Shown: positions 11,611-21,347 of the stretch, in pieces
How the letters are laid out: the number at the start of each line of letters is the position of its first letter
How positions within the stretch are numbered: the stretch's first letter is position 1
NCBI GenBank assembly: GCA_963768305.1
Contig: CAVYHE010000009.1
Location: 32,001 to 96,000, forward strand
Direction of reading: 5' to 3'
DNA from: an uncultured bacterium
GTDB taxonomy: Bacteria > Margulisbacteria > WOR-1 > CAVSGV01
DNA: 64,000 bases
The notes under the pieces: model-generated
The model's input: the letters and a program-made list of their open reading frames with translations, nothing else
Database searches by the model: none
Told to the model about the DNA's origin: nothing
Program-made: the position numbers and the translations under genes

Positions 11611-12030
11611 TTAACATGAAAATTTGCAGGCTTTCCAAGGAAAAAGAGCAGTCTGAAATAACTGCCTTCTGTAACCCGGCGGTGAAATTTCTGATTTTAT
11701 TATCTGGTATTTTACCCACTTGAGATTTCTTCCCCTTCTATTTGGTCGGAATTCCGGAAAATATTTGCGAACCCAAGATTTGTCCGTATCGCAGGACTGC
11801 AATCTTCCTCCCCCAGTTTTTTATGAACTTTCATGCTTCTGGCAAGCAAAGAATTAATATCATTTATAATGCCGATCCCGTTATCCAGAGCACATGTTTC
11901 GACTATCTTCTCATCGAAAGCCCAAGACCCTTTTATGCTTATTCGATTTATTATAAATTCGCCTCCCCGTCCGTGCATAGCCATATTTAGCATCAGCTCA
12001 TGAACAGCTATATGTTGGGTTTCGTTTAAT
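11611..12030 (-). pseudogene. RsbT/anti-sigma-like GHKL ATPase, truncated or frameshifted
   Basis: In-frame IAVHELMLNMAMHGRGG (N box), DNGIGI (G1), NLGFANI (G2-like); no start codon upstream of the N-box helix. Confidence 0.55.
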
Positions 12031-12094
12031 ATTAAACTGGAATTTGAAAGGCTGTCTCGACAGCGGCTTTACAGATGATAAAATCTATGCCCTT

Positions 12095-13630
12095 ATGAGA
12101 ACTATAAAGATATTTGATTCGACGCTCCGCGACGGGGAACAAGCCCCCGGCGCAAGCCTGAACCGCGAACAAAAGCTTGAGATAGCAAGACAGCTTGCAA
12201 GGCTCGGTGTCGACGTTATCGAGGCGGGTTTTGCCGCATCATCCGTCGGCGATTTTGAATCAGTGAAAGAGATAGCCCAGAAAGTGAAAGGCCCCGTCAT
12301 TTGCAGCCTTTCGCGCGCGAAAAAAGAGGATATTGACGCGTCCTGGAACGCCGTAAAATATTCCGATAAGCCAAGGATCCACATATTCATTTCGACATCT
12401 CCCATTCATATGGAAAAGAAACTTGAAAAGACCCCCGATGAGGTGTTGAAGATGTCCGTTGAGAGCGTTAAATACGCCAAAAGCCTCTGCAACGACGTGG
12501 AATTCTCCTGCGAGGACGCCGGGAGAAGCGAACTCCCGTTCCTTTACAGGATAATCGAAGCCGTAATAGACGCAGGCGCCAATGTTATAAACATCCCGGA
12601 CACGGTCGGATATAAAATGCCGGGGGAACACAGCAGCATCATCAGGAACATCGTGAAGAACGTGCCGAACATAAATAAAGTTGAACTCTCTGTCCATTGC
12701 CATAACGACCTTGGCCTTGCGACGGCAAATTCGCTCACCTGCATACCCGAAGGCGTAACTCAGATCGAATGCTGCATGAACGGCATCGGAGAGCGGGCAG
12801 GCAATGCTTCTCTCGAAGAAGTCGTAATGGCGATCGAGACCAGAAAAGATTATTTCAACGCTAAGACGAACATAAACACAAAAGAAATATATAAAACTTC
12901 GCGACTTGTCAGCAATCTTACCGGCATGATAGTCCAGCCGAACAAAGCTGTTGTCGGATCTAACGCTTTTGCGCACGAATCCGGCATACACCAGCACGGT
13001 ATGCTTAAAGATAAAAGAACATACGAGATCATGGATGCCGAGGCTGTCGGCATAACCGAATCAAAACTTATTCTCGGCAAGCATTCAGGGAGGGCCGCTT
13101 TTGTTAACCAATTGAAAAAGCTGGGATTTATCCTCTCAAAAGATGAGATCGAGAAGGCTTTTGTTGAATTTAAGGCCCTGGCAGACAAGAAAAAAGATAT
13201 TTCCGACAGGGATATAGAGGCGATCGTGAGCGATGAGGTGCTCGTGATCCCCGAAACTTTCACTCTTAAGTCGCTTGATATAAGGGCCGGTACGGTGAAA
13301 AAGCCGTCGGCGACCGTAGTTATCAAGCATAAAGGGAAAACCATCAAGGCCACGGAAACTGGCGCAGGGCCGGTTGATGCTGTATACAAGTCGATACTTA
13401 AATTGACGGGAGCAAAGATAAAGCTTGTTGATTACGTCATTCAGGCGATAACCGGGGGAACGGACGCGCTCGGTGAAGTGATGGTGAGGATAAGCGACGG
13501 GACCGATATTTTTTCAGGCCATGGATCGGACACGGATATACTTGTTTCTTCCGCCAAGGCTTACCTTAACGCGATAAACAAGCTTTCGCACAGGAAAGAA
13601 CTGAAAAAAACCGCTATTGCTCGACTGTGA
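12095..13630 (+). CDS. leuA: 2-isopropylmalate synthase
   Basis: IFDSTLRDGEQAPG, HCHNDLG, GIGERAGN, HESGIHQ, GKHSGR, regulatory-domain GPVDA; start placed at MRTIKIFD. Confidence 0.96.
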   Translation: MRTIKIFDSTLRDGEQAPGASLNREQKLEIARQLARLGVDVIEAGFAASSVGDFESVKEIAQKVKGPVICSLSRAKKEDIDASWNAVKYSDKPRIHIFISTSPIHMEKKLEKTPDEVLKMSVESVKYAKSLCNDVEFSCEDAGRSELPFLYRIIEAVIDAGANVINIPDTVGYKMPGEHSSIIRNIVKNVPNINKVELSVHCHNDLGLATANSLTCIPEGVTQIECCMNGIGERAGNASLEEVVMAIETRKDYFNAKTNINTKEIYKTSRLVSNLTGMIVQPNKAVVGSNAFAHESGIHQHGMLKDKRTYEIMDAEAVGITESKLILGKHSGRAAFVNQLKKLGFILSKDEIEKAFVEFKALADKKKDISDRDIEAIVSDEVLVIPETFTLKSLDIRAGTVKKPSATVVIKHKGKTIKATETGAGPVDAVYKSILKLTGAKIKLVDYVIQAITGGTDALGEVMVRISDGTDIFSGHGSDTDILVSSAKAYLNAINKLSHRKELKKTAIARL

Positions 13631-13853
13631 TGCAGGTAAGTGTCCTGGCCACAAAACCTGTCGCCTGTATCTTTTTCACTATCATCTCTCCCAGCGATTT
13701 CAGGTCTGGCGCTTCAACAAAAGCTATCACGTCATATGGGCCGGTCACAAGATGGATCGTCTGGACGCCTTTCATGCCCTTCGCCATATTTACGAGGTCT
13801 ATTCCTTTACCAGGCAGCGCTTCCATCAATATGTAAGCTTGCGTTTGCTTCAC
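13614..13853 (-). CDS. Stand-alone Lrp/AsnC ligand-binding (RAM) domain protein
   Basis: AYILM...VTGPYDVIAFVEA..L..L...I....V..TLT pattern; no HTH; SD GGAGG before GTG. Confidence 0.85.
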   Translation of the reverse strand: MKQTQAYILMEALPGKGIDLVNMAKGMKGVQTIHLVTGPYDVIAFVEAPDLKSLGEMIVKKIQATGFVARTLTCITVEQ

Positions 13854-15312
13854 TTTTCATCCTCCTTTTCGGCTTTGCCGGTAACTTAGATCCGGCTTTT
13901 TCATAAAGCTCGATGTATTTTTTCGCTGAAGCATTCCAGGAATAATCCAGCCCCATGTCATGCACCGCCAGGGCTTTCCATTTTTTCTTGTCTTTATAAG
14001 CTTCAACCGCCCGCCTGATCGCATCCAGGAGCGCTGAAGCAGTGTACTCTTCAAAAACGAATCCGGTCTTGCCGTCTATGACCGTATCAGCGAGCCCTCC
14101 CGTTTTGCGGACGATCGGCACCGTCCCGTATTTATAACTGATAAGCTGTCCAAGTCCGCACGGCTCATATAGCGATGGCATAAGGAACATGTCGGAACCC
14201 GCGTATATCAGCTGAGCCAGGGCCGCATCAAAACCGAGGTTCAATCCGAGGTGCTCGGGATATTTTTTCTTCATTTCCTTGAAAAGCTCATGATACTTCG
14301 GTTCACCTGTCCCCAGAAGGATGATCTGAAGTTTCATCTGCATTATGCTTTCTATGTCCTGCGCCAGAATGTCAAAACCCTTCTGATCGGCAAGCCTGGA
14401 TATGATGCCGATAACCGGAACATCGATCTGAGGAAGCCCGTTCCTTGACTGCAGAACTCTCTTGTTCTCCGCTTTTAACGGGAACTTTTTCGGGCTGAAT
14501 TTAGCGGGTATGTGAGGATCTATTGCGGGATCCCAGAGCTCGTAATCGATCCCGTTCACAATGCCGTATACATCTTTTTTCCTGGCCAGCAGAAGGCCTT
14601 CAAGCCCGTGACCGAATTCGGCGGTCTGGATCTCGCGGGCATATTGCGGAGAGACTGTATTGATCACATCCGCGTAAACGAATCCGGCCTTCGTAAGTGC
14701 TATCTTGCCGTAAAATTCAAGCGATTCGGAATTGAAATATTCCGGGCCAAGCCCGGTAACGGGTAGCTGGTCGGCAGGAAATGTTCCCTGATATCCCATA
14801 TTGTGGATCGAATACACCGTCGCAGAATGCGAAAAGAAAGGATCATCTTTATACAGCGTTTTCGCGTACATTACGATAAGCGCGCTCTGCCAGTCGTTCG
14901 CGTGTATTACGTCCGGCTGCCAGCCGATCTTTTTAATGACTTCCATGGAGGCCCTGCAGTAAAAAGAGAATCTCTCGCAGTTATCGGGATAGTCAACTCC
15001 CTTGTCCTGGTATAACCCTTCACGTCCGAAATATTTTTCATTGGCAATGAAATAAACAGTGACATCCGTCCCCGGGATCACTCCTTCATAAACGTCGGCG
15101 AGCTCTTTCCTTCCGGCCACTTCCACCTCTATCCCGTCGTAGATCTTATCAAGGTCGAATTTCCCGCTGTCCACCATCTTGTATTTTGGCATTATCACTT
15201 TTACATCATGGCCCAGGGAACGTAAAGCTTTCGGCAAAGCGCCCGCAACATCCGCCAGTCCTCCCGTTTTTGCGAAAGGAACGACCTCCGCTGAAGCGAT
15301 AAGTATCTTCAT
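13807..15312 (-). CDS. glgA: Glycogen synthase (GT5)
   Basis: PFAKTGGLADV, HANDWQ, SIHNMGYQG, SRLADQKG, MPSLYEPCGLGQ. Confidence 0.96.
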   Translation of the reverse strand: MKILIASAEVVPFAKTGGLADVAGALPKALRSLGHDVKVIMPKYKMVDSGKFDLDKIYDGIEVEVAGRKELADVYEGVIPGTDVTVYFIANEKYFGREGLYQDKGVDYPDNCERFSFYCRASMEVIKKIGWQPDVIHANDWQSALIVMYAKTLYKDDPFFSHSATVYSIHNMGYQGTFPADQLPVTGLGPEYFNSESLEFYGKIALTKAGFVYADVINTVSPQYAREIQTAEFGHGLEGLLLARKKDVYGIVNGIDYELWDPAIDPHIPAKFSPKKFPLKAENKRVLQSRNGLPQIDVPVIGIISRLADQKGFDILAQDIESIMQMKLQIILLGTGEPKYHELFKEMKKKYPEHLGLNLGFDAALAQLIYAGSDMFLMPSLYEPCGLGQLISYKYGTVPIVRKTGGLADTVIDGKTGFVFEEYTASALLDAIRRAVEAYKDKKKWKALAVHDMGLDYSWNASAKKYIELYEKAGSKLPAKPKRRMKSEANASLHIDGSAAW

Positions 15313-17795
15313 TATTTTCCTCCTTCCATGGAACATAGATCGCGGATCCTTGCAGAGTAAACATCCAGCAGCCTTCTGGCTTCCCTGTCGTCGGATGCTT
15401 CGGCCTGGACCATTATGGAGGGCGCATCGGTGTGAGGCAGGACCAGGACCCAGTCCTTTTTATGGTATATCTTCACGCCGTCGATCAGTTCCACGGGATT
15501 ATTCCCTGTTTCTTCAATGACCGATCTCATTATGCGCCCTTTTAAATTAGGCGCGCATTTGATATCGACCTTTGCCATGGAAGACCTGGGTATATCTTTT
15601 AAAACGGAGCTGACGGAACGACCTTCCTTTGAAAGATATTCCAGAAACTTTGCCCCTGAAAGCATCGCGTCAAATGAAACCTGGAATTTCGGGAATATGC
15701 ATCCTCCCGTCCGCTCACCGACGAATGAGATATCGTCCAGCGCGGCCGCTTCCATTAACGCTCTCGTGTTCGTCCTTGTCCTGATGACCCTTCCGTAGTG
15801 ATGCTTCGCTATTTCCTCTATCACCCTTGAGCTGGTGACAGGGACAGCTATCGTTCTTTTCGGGCCGTATTTCAGGGCGAGGAACGACATAAGCGCAAGA
15901 GTTTCATCTCCGGAAAGAATATGACCGGTTTCATCTACCAGGAATATTTTTTCGCCTCCGGCATCGAACATTATCCCAAAATCACTTTTTAATGTAGTAA
16001 CTATCTGCGAGACCTGGCGAAGCGAATTTTCAAATTCTTCCTTTGTTTTCGTTATCTTTGCTTCATCCACATGCGCGTTCAAGGCAATGACTTCGCTGCC
16101 AAATTCCCCGAGAATGGACGGGAATATCTGGGAAGTGCCGCCGTACGCGTAATCTATCACGAATTTACTTCTTTTTGAGCAAAGAGCATCCTTGTCCAGA
16201 AAATGCAAAAAACCTTCTTTATATTGCTCCGCTATCCGATAAAAAGGAAAGCTAAGCTCTCCAGTATCATCTATGCCCGGCCTCTGGAAATCTCCGCCGA
16301 AGAAAAGTCTTTCAACCATTTTTTCTTTAGATGCCGGCAGGTCCATCCCGTTCGAATCAAAGAATTTAATGTCCAGGACGGATGGATCGTACGGAGACTT
16401 CCTTACGTGGAATCCGCCGCCGCTTTTTAATGCCTTCAATTCATAGCGGTTGATTGGTATCGGCACCATTTCCAGGTCGGAAACATTCACCCCGGATGAA
16501 AGGACCCCGGAGATCAGCGCCCTGTAGATCATTCTGGATGTTTTATGGCTGTCCCTGCTTGTGGTCACATAGCTTCCTTTTCCAAGCATGTAGCCGAAAG
16601 CCGCTCCAAGAGTAGCGGCAAACTCAGGCGTTATTTCAACGTTCCCTATCCCCGTGACGCCGTATGCGCCGAATATTTTCTTGGCCCATCTTTCTCTCCA
16701 GACAATATTAGCCGATACTGTGGACCCTTCTTCTATGTTCTTGCCCGGCCAGATCTTTACGAACGGTTTCACGCGCGAGTCGGGACCGAACGTGCAGTCG
16801 CTGGCGATCACCGAGCCTTCTTCAAGAACGGAGTTCTCGCCGATGGAAGAGTTGGATGCGATCACGGACCTTTCGACGCTTGCGCTCTTCCCTATCCTGA
16901 CATTGTCCCATAATATGCTTCTTTTAATTACAGCTCCGCGGGAGATCTCGCAGTTATTTCCGGCAAAAGAATTTTCAAGCACAACATCGTCGCCTATGAC
17001 ACATCCATCACCAAGAATGACACAACCTGTCAGTTTGGCGGACGGGGAGATCGTCACATTGCGCCCCATCTTTGCGATATCAAGATTGATTTTCCCTTCG
17101 GCCATGTCCATATGACTGCTTTCGTACTCCGAAAGCCCGCCAATGTCCTTCCAGTATCCTTCAGCCACATGACCGTACATCAGCTCCCTGTCGTTAAGCA
17201 GTTTCGGGAAAAGGTCCTTGCTGAAATCATATTCCTTGCTGTCCGGAATGCTCCTTAAAGCGGCCGGATTGATTATGTATATCCCCGTATTGATGGTGTC
17301 GGTTAAAACTTCGCCCCATGTCGGTTTTTCAATAAAATGCTTTATTCTTCCGTCGCCGTTCGTGATGACGATCCCGTAAGGAAGAGGATTTTCGACATGT
17401 GAAAGCGCCAGGGTGACCAGAGCCTTTTTGTTCTTATGAAAATCAATGATACTCTTGAGATCAAAGTCGCAGATCACGTCAGCAGACATGACAATGAAAG
17501 TTTCATCAAAAACCTGCTCGGCATACTTTATCGCTCCGGCAGTCCCCATGTCTTTCGGGGCAACAACATAGCTCATTTTTACTCCGAACGCGCTTCCATC
17601 GCCAAAATGGTCCCTTATCACTTCCGGTTGATGATAAAGTATGGCCACAATTTCCGTTATCCCGTTACGCGAAAGAAGATTTATCAGATGCTCCATGATC
17701 GGCTTGTTCGCAAAAGGGAGCATGGGCTTGGGAATATTGCAAGTAAGCGGATGCATCCTTGTTCCCATCCCGCCCGCAAGTATCGCAGCTTTCAT
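15312..17795 (-). CDS. Sugar-1-phosphate nucleotidyltransferase + LbH + phosphohexomutase-like fusion
   Basis: LAGGMGTRMHPLT..PKP, FIEKP, hexapeptide repeats, then IFGAYGVTG PMM/PGM-like domains. Confidence 0.9.
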   Translation of the reverse strand: MKAAILAGGMGTRMHPLTCNIPKPMLPFANKPIMEHLINLLSRNGITEIVAILYHQPEVIRDHFGDGSAFGVKMSYVVAPKDMGTAGAIKYAEQVFDETFIVMSADVICDFDLKSIIDFHKNKKALVTLALSHVENPLPYGIVITNGDGRIKHFIEKPTWGEVLTDTINTGIYIINPAALRSIPDSKEYDFSKDLFPKLLNDRELMYGHVAEGYWKDIGGLSEYESSHMDMAEGKINLDIAKMGRNVTISPSAKLTGCVILGDGCVIGDDVVLENSFAGNNCEISRGAVIKRSILWDNVRIGKSASVERSVIASNSSIGENSVLEEGSVIASDCTFGPDSRVKPFVKIWPGKNIEEGSTVSANIVWRERWAKKIFGAYGVTGIGNVEITPEFAATLGAAFGYMLGKGSYVTTSRDSHKTSRMIYRALISGVLSSGVNVSDLEMVPIPINRYELKALKSGGGFHVRKSPYDPSVLDIKFFDSNGMDLPASKEKMVERLFFGGDFQRPGIDDTGELSFPFYRIAEQYKEGFLHFLDKDALCSKRSKFVIDYAYGGTSQIFPSILGEFGSEVIALNAHVDEAKITKTKEEFENSLRQVSQIVTTLKSDFGIMFDAGGEKIFLVDETGHILSGDETLALMSFLALKYGPKRTIAVPVTSSRVIEEIAKHHYGRVIRTRTNTRALMEAAALDDISFVGERTGGCIFPKFQVSFDAMLSGAKFLEYLSKEGRSVSSVLKDIPRSSMAKVDIKCAPNLKGRIMRSVIEETGNNPVELIDGVKIYHKKDWVLVLPHTDAPSIMVQAEASDDREARRLLDVYSARIRDLCSMEGGK

Positions 17796-19384
17796 ACTTT
17801 CTCCTCCGCGTACATCCTGTGATCGATCCCGGGAAAAATGTTATCCCGGTATTCTATATCAGAAAGCCATTTCCCATCAATGGAATTCTCGTTTATCCGG
17901 TCGTATAATCCCGTGAATCTTTCAAGGTGGTCTTTTATCCTTTTGACCGCATACGGGACCACGGTCCCCGTTTTCATTATAAAAGGCCAGTCGCTTGCTT
18001 CCAGGAGCAAAAGCTCCCTCGCGGCCTGGTCCAGCGCTCTCTTCATTATCCCCGAAGCGCCTGGATGATTTTTTGCTAGTTCGACCATTCTTTCCTGAGC
18101 CTTATGAATATGCCGGTAGATCCAGTCGTTGGATCCCTCAAGCCACACCTCACTGTATCCTTTCCATCCCCATGACGACATTGACGGAGTGATGACCTGA
18201 TTCCTCGGATTTTCCTGAAGATACTGCGACGGCGTTATCAATCTGATCGTATCTTGATCATAAGCTATTTTTCTGAAAAGGTAATTAAGCCACAAAGGAC
18301 CCTCATACCACCAGTGGCCGTAAAGCTCCGCGTCATATGGAGAAACCACTATCGGCTTCTTCTGCATGCAGTCATACAGGTATTCGATCTGTTTCTGGCG
18401 GTTGAACATGAAATTGCCCGCGTGATCGGCCGCCGTTCGGGCAGCCCCGTCCGGATCGTAAGGTTGCTTATCCGCAGTATCGCCTGTGATCTTGAAATAT
18501 TTTATCCCTGTGCTGGCGCGCGAACCATCAGGATTTATGTACGGTTTAATATAATCAAAGTCGAGGTCGAACCCGATATCCCTGTAGAATTCCCTGTAAA
18601 CGTAATCACCGGGGTATCCTTCTTCAGCGCTCCATACCGCGCGTGAAGATTCTACGTCCCTTCCGAAAGCCGCAACACCGCTCTTTGTGAACACCGGAGC
18701 GAAGACGCCGTATTTCGGCCTGGGCGACCCGTGAAGTATCCCGTGAGTATCGACAAAAAAATATTTGACGCCGAATTCAGCCAGATATTTGTCATCCGGC
18801 GGATTATATCCGCATTCCGGGAACCACATCCCGGCGGGTCCCCTTCCGAAAAACGTCCTGAAAAGGTCCACGGCGGTCTTTATCTGCGCGCGGACGGCCG
18901 CTTTATTGATCTCGAAAAGCGGCAGATAGCCGTGGGTCGCCGCGCAGGTAATGACCTCAACACAACCGGAATCGTTCAATTTCCTGAAAGCATTTATAAG
19001 GTTCCTGTGGTTTTTATCTACAAAAACATATCTTGCTCTCCTGAACCGGTCAAGATACATTTTTGCAAGCCTGTTAAATTCGGGCTGATGCTTCGTTCTT
19101 TCGCACTCGCGCTCGCCAAGCTCGATCAATCTTTCAAGATGTTTGAGGTACCTTTTCTGCAGAAGTTCATCATTGAACATTGAAAGGAGCGTCGGAGAAA
19201 GCGAGATAGTGATCTTGAATTTCACCCCGTCATTGATAAGGTTCTCAAAAGTGTCGATGAGAGGGATATATGTTTCCGTTATCGCCTCGTAGAGCCAGTC
19301 CTCTTCCAGGAATTCCTCGTGTTCGGGATGGCGCACAAAAGGAAGATGCGCATGCAAAACGATAGATAGATATCCTTTTTCCAT
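17792..19384 (-). CDS. GH57 1,4-alpha-glucan branching enzyme (DUF1957 type)
   Basis: VLHAHLPFV, ETYIP, WFPECGY, PYDAELYGHWWYEG, ELLLLEASDWPF. Confidence 0.93.
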   Translation of the reverse strand: MEKGYLSIVLHAHLPFVRHPEHEEFLEEDWLYEAITETYIPLIDTFENLINDGVKFKITISLSPTLLSMFNDELLQKRYLKHLERLIELGERECERTKHQPEFNRLAKMYLDRFRRARYVFVDKNHRNLINAFRKLNDSGCVEVITCAATHGYLPLFEINKAAVRAQIKTAVDLFRTFFGRGPAGMWFPECGYNPPDDKYLAEFGVKYFFVDTHGILHGSPRPKYGVFAPVFTKSGVAAFGRDVESSRAVWSAEEGYPGDYVYREFYRDIGFDLDFDYIKPYINPDGSRASTGIKYFKITGDTADKQPYDPDGAARTAADHAGNFMFNRQKQIEYLYDCMQKKPIVVSPYDAELYGHWWYEGPLWLNYLFRKIAYDQDTIRLITPSQYLQENPRNQVITPSMSSWGWKGYSEVWLEGSNDWIYRHIHKAQERMVELAKNHPGASGIMKRALDQAARELLLLEASDWPFIMKTGTVVPYAVKRIKDHLERFTGLYDRINENSIDGKWLSDIEYRDNIFPGIDHRMYAEEKV

Positions 19385-19397
19385 GAGAGGGAGTTCC

Positions 19398-19946
19398 TTA
19401 TTTTGGGCGCTTGCCGGGGCTGCTAGGGGACGAAGCCCAGCCAGAAGATCTCATTTCCATTAGATGCTTTTTCATCAGCTGCTTTATCTCGCCGGAACTT
19501 TTGCCTATGCCGAATCCGCCGGAAAGCGCGTACATACGATCAAAATCAACGGTCATCCATTCTTCGTCTATTACATCGGACATGCCGTCCCTGGGCGTGG
19601 TCACGGCATTCGACCTTGCCATGACAATGAATCTTCCGTCGGAGGAAAGGAATCCTATATCGACCAAGTATGAGCGGTTCGCTTCCGGAACATTGATGTA
19701 CCAGTTCCTTGATCCATAAGAAGTTTGAATGTCAAAATATTTCCATGGCTGGCTGGATGCATCGAAAACCCTGAGCATCTCTTTCGAATTGTTCACGGCA
19801 TTTCCGAGTATGTTCCTTACCTCGTTATACTTGCTCTCAGTAATTTCCCAGTAAGCATGGACCCAGTGCGGATCTCGCACCATAAGAACGATCTTATCCT
19901 TGCCATAAGAGGCGGGGAAATTGAATTCTTTTTTACCAATTGCCAT
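19398..19946 (-). CDS. DUF4912 domain protein
   Basis: LMVRDPHWVHAYWE, NWYINV, Y.VDIG, ARSNAVTTP, Ser-rich tail. Confidence 0.85.
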   Translation of the reverse strand: MAIGKKEFNFPASYGKDKIVLMVRDPHWVHAYWEITESKYNEVRNILGNAVNNSKEMLRVFDASSQPWKYFDIQTSYGSRNWYINVPEANRSYLVDIGFLSSDGRFIVMARSNAVTTPRDGMSDVIDEEWMTVDFDRMYALSGGFGIGKSSGEIKQLMKKHLMEMRSSGWASSPSSPGKRPK

Positions 19947-20221
19947 TAATTCACCCTAAGGATAGAATTCTCACTCCCGAAAGAATTGGCGATATGCTCC
20001 GTTGACGGATCGGTATACCAATTACCGTCCAGCAAGAACCTGTATTGATGCTCTCCGGGTTCCGCTTTTATGGAAGCTGTCCATTCTCCGCTCTTTCCGG
20101 ACCTGGCCATGTAGATCGCTCCTTTATCCCAATTTGTAAAATCGCCCGCGATCTTAACCTCATTAACATTCTTCGGCGCACGGAATTTGATCATTACGGA
20201 CCTCTTTTTGCTTGCAGCCAT
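19946..20221 (-). CDS. Stand-alone glycogen-binding CBM48/AMPK-beta-like protein
   Basis: V.IAGDFTNW, GEW, PGEHQYRFLLDGNWYTDP, NSFGSENS; SD AGGAGG before ATG 20221. Confidence 0.88.
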   Translation of the reverse strand: MAASKKRSVMIKFRAPKNVNEVKIAGDFTNWDKGAIYMARSGKSGEWTASIKAEPGEHQYRFLLDGNWYTDPSTEHIANSFGSENSILRVN

Positions 20222-20301
20222 TTTTAACACCTCCTTTTTTAATCTTATCTTCGTCATTATTCTTGTTCCTTTTCCCTGATTAAGTGCATCATAGCTTTCA
20301 A

Positions 20302-21336
20302 TCAGATCTTTGTCTCTCTCAGATACTTCGCGGCTTCTTCCGGAGGAGTCGGGCAGATGTACAGGCCCGTTCCCCACTCAAAACCGGCGACCTTCGTCAG
20401 CCTGGGTATTATTTCTATGTGCCAGTGAAAATCAAACTGAACTGTCCCCCAGTAATCCGGCTTGCCCGGCCTCGGCACTGGGTTCGGCGAAGTATGTATC
20501 ATATAATTGAACGGCGGATCGTTCAGGCACTTTTTAAGCCGGATCATTGTTTCCTTCATGAGCTTGGCCAGCTGTAAGCGCTCTTCATCGGAAATAATGG
20601 AAAAGTTATGCTGATGCCGCCTGGGAAGGATCCATATCTCAAAAGGGAACCTTGACGCAAAAGGAGTGAAGCTGACAAAATATTCGTTCTCTGAAACAAT
20701 ACGGGTGCCGTCGCCCATTTCCTGCCTTATCATATCGCAGAAAATGCAGCGCTCTTTTTCATGGAAATATTGCCTGCAGCCGGTCAGCTCCAGCTTAATG
20801 TATCTGGGTGTTATCGGGGTGGCGATCAGCTGTGAATGCGAGTGCTCCAGGGAGGCTCCCGCCGCTTCTCCGTAGTTCTTGAAAACCAGAACATATCTGA
20901 ACCTCTTATCCTTTTCAAGATCGGCGATCCTGTTCTTGTACGCCCACAATATCTTATCTATTTGGATCTCGTCCATGTCGGCAAGGTTCTCGCCGTGTTT
21001 CGGGGTCTCTATTATTACTTCATGTGCGCCTATCCCGCTCATCATGTCGAATATGCCTATCCCTGTCCTGTTGACCTCTCCCTCCACGACCAGCGCGGGG
21101 AATTTATTCGAGGTCACCCTTACGGACCATCCCGGCTTGTTCGGCTCTGACCCGGGTGTTCTCCAGGCGACGATCTCCCTGGGGGTTTTTGCTTCTTCTC
21201 CTTCGCAGAAAGGGCAATATTTCCCTTCCGTAACCTTTCCCGCCCCGCCTTCCTTGAAATCCGAAGGACGCCTTCCCCTCTCGGTCGCAATAATGACCCA
21301 CCTGTCCGATACGGGGTCTTTTCTAAGTTCCGGCAT
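20302..21336 (-). CDS. galT: GalT-family nucleotidyltransferase
   Basis: ELRKDP, WVIIATERGRRP, CPFC, NKFPAL, GASLEHSHSQ, FHWHIEI. Confidence 0.9.
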   Translation of the reverse strand: MPELRKDPVSDRWVIIATERGRRPSDFKEGGAGKVTEGKYCPFCEGEEAKTPREIVAWRTPGSEPNKPGWSVRVTSNKFPALVVEGEVNRTGIGIFDMMSGIGAHEVIIETPKHGENLADMDEIQIDKILWAYKNRIADLEKDKRFRYVLVFKNYGEAAGASLEHSHSQLIATPITPRYIKLELTGCRQYFHEKERCIFCDMIRQEMGDGTRIVSENEYFVSFTPFASRFPFEIWILPRRHQHNFSIISDEERLQLAKLMKETMIRLKKCLNDPPFNYMIHTSPNPVPRPGKPDYWGTVQFDFHWHIEIIPRLTKVAGFEWGTGLYICPTPPEEAAKYLRETKI

Positions 21337-21347
21337 TAAATCCCTCC

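Noticed and set aside
12044..12094. Leu-rich attenuator or longer N-terminus for leuA
   Set aside because: No Leu-codon run; the segment holds an extended -10 box, so the start at 12095 is preferred
13807..13900. Novel C-terminal extension of GlgA
   Set aside because: The tail overlaps the next gene by 47 nt and may reflect a missed stop from an indel
20222..20300. Sigma-28-like site before the CBM48 gene (GAAA-N15-GACGAAGA)
   Set aside because: Too weak a match in a purine-rich spacer
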